A DNA stretch of 32,741 nt from an uncultured Candidatus Saccharibacteria bacterium (lineage in GTDB: Bacteria > Patescibacteriota > Minisyncoccia > Sungbacterales > HO2-52-23): assembly GCA_964357005.1 (NCBI GenBank), contig CAYHJX010000002.1, forward strand, positions 1 to 32,741. Direction: 5' to 3'. Both the position numbers and the translations under genes were made by a program. The notes beneath the pieces are model-generated. The model worked only from the letters and a program-made list of their open reading frames with translations, did not search any database and was not told the DNA's origin. Positions 32,519 to 32,741 of this stretch are shown one piece after another. Each line of letters starts with the position of its first letter. The first letter of the stretch is position 1.

Positions 32519-32741
32519 GAAGTTTACCCTTAATTAGAACGCGGGCAGAGACGGTATTGTTTTTAAATTCGGCATCCGTAAACTCCAGCCGGTTGCCATT
32601 GTATTCAATAAACGCCCTTGGATATCCTTCCGCATCAAGCATCCGAATGAAATCGTATAGTTTTTTCGAGGTTAGATTTTTCGGGATTTCGCTCTCTTCG
32701 GACCTGCGCCTTTTAAAAAGAACGACTTTCCCTTTCTGCGG
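32502..32741 (-). CDS. Partial CDS (5' end outside window); C-terminal 79 aa, possibly a sugar N-formyltransferase-like protein
   Basis: Absent from the ORF track. Hand translation from base 32741 gives PQKGKVVLFKRRRSEESEIPKNLTSKKLYDFIRMLDAEGYPRAFIEYNGNRLEFTDAEFKNNTVSARVLIKGKLHEEKS, with a TGA stop at 32504-32502. The pattern PQ..(x)..RR.pE.S.I...........YDFIRML.A.GYP.AF resembles the end of the formyltransferase catalytic domain (remembered pattern only). It overlaps the PIG-L start by 17 nt. Confidence 0.35.
   Translation of the reverse strand, partial: PQKGKVVLFKRRRSEESEIPKNLTSKKLYDFIRMLDAEGYPRAFIEYNGNRLEFTDAEFKNNTVSARVLIKGKLHEEKS

Noticed and set aside
1-32741. CRISPR arrays, tRNA/rRNA genes, IS elements, integrases, long direct or terminal inverted repeats.
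   Set aside because: Reading the intergenic regions and the ORF translations showed no repeat-spacer periodicity, no cloverleaf-like segments in the few spacers, and no transposase or recombinase motifs. The paralogues A-C are similar at protein level only. A computational repeat or tRNA scan was not possible here.

Overview
This 32.7-kb window is an almost gap-free bacterial surface-glycan biosynthesis island. I count about 31 protein-coding genes. I could not recognise any rRNA, tRNA, CRISPR array, transposase or integrase by eye. Taxon is not assignable from this window. TAG, TGA and TAA all act as stops. GTG and TTG starts are common, and many gene junctions are ATGA or TAATG overlaps, which suggests translational coupling.

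The window has three parts.

(1) Left arm, 1..5905 plus 8155..9264. This is a lipid-carrier style extracytoplasmic glycosylation module. It holds a DegT aminotransferase, an ArnC/GtrB-like GT2, a Gfo/Idh/MocA oxidoreductase and a UPF0104 flippase-like protein on the minus strand. Divergently there is a SAM methyltransferase plus an ArnT/PMT-like GT-C. A monocistronic EamA/DMT transporter lies nearby.

(2) A convergent fused transketolase at 5880..7784.

(3) A roughly 23-kb co-directional minus-strand gene train from 32741 down to 9322. Every sugar-activating enzyme I can recognise in it is a cytidylyltransferase (RfbF plus two NeuA-like). It encodes:
- a CDP-glucose to C-methyl, epimerised, reduced 6-deoxyhexose route;
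- two different nonulosonic-acid synthases, one PseI-like and one animal NANS-like that is paired with a KdsC-type phosphatase;
- methyltransferases of three families (a fourth family sits in the left arm);
- an MsbA-like ABC exporter interrupted by one in-frame TAG;
- a DEDDh exonuclease;
- three clear paralogues, plus one distant relative, of an unassigned ~450-aa GT-B-like protein carrying TagF-like and sialyltransferase-like motifs.

The paralogue family together with the cytidine-only donor logic is the best candidate for an undescribed system. All family calls come from by-eye motif recognition and remembered sequences. None was verified by a search.
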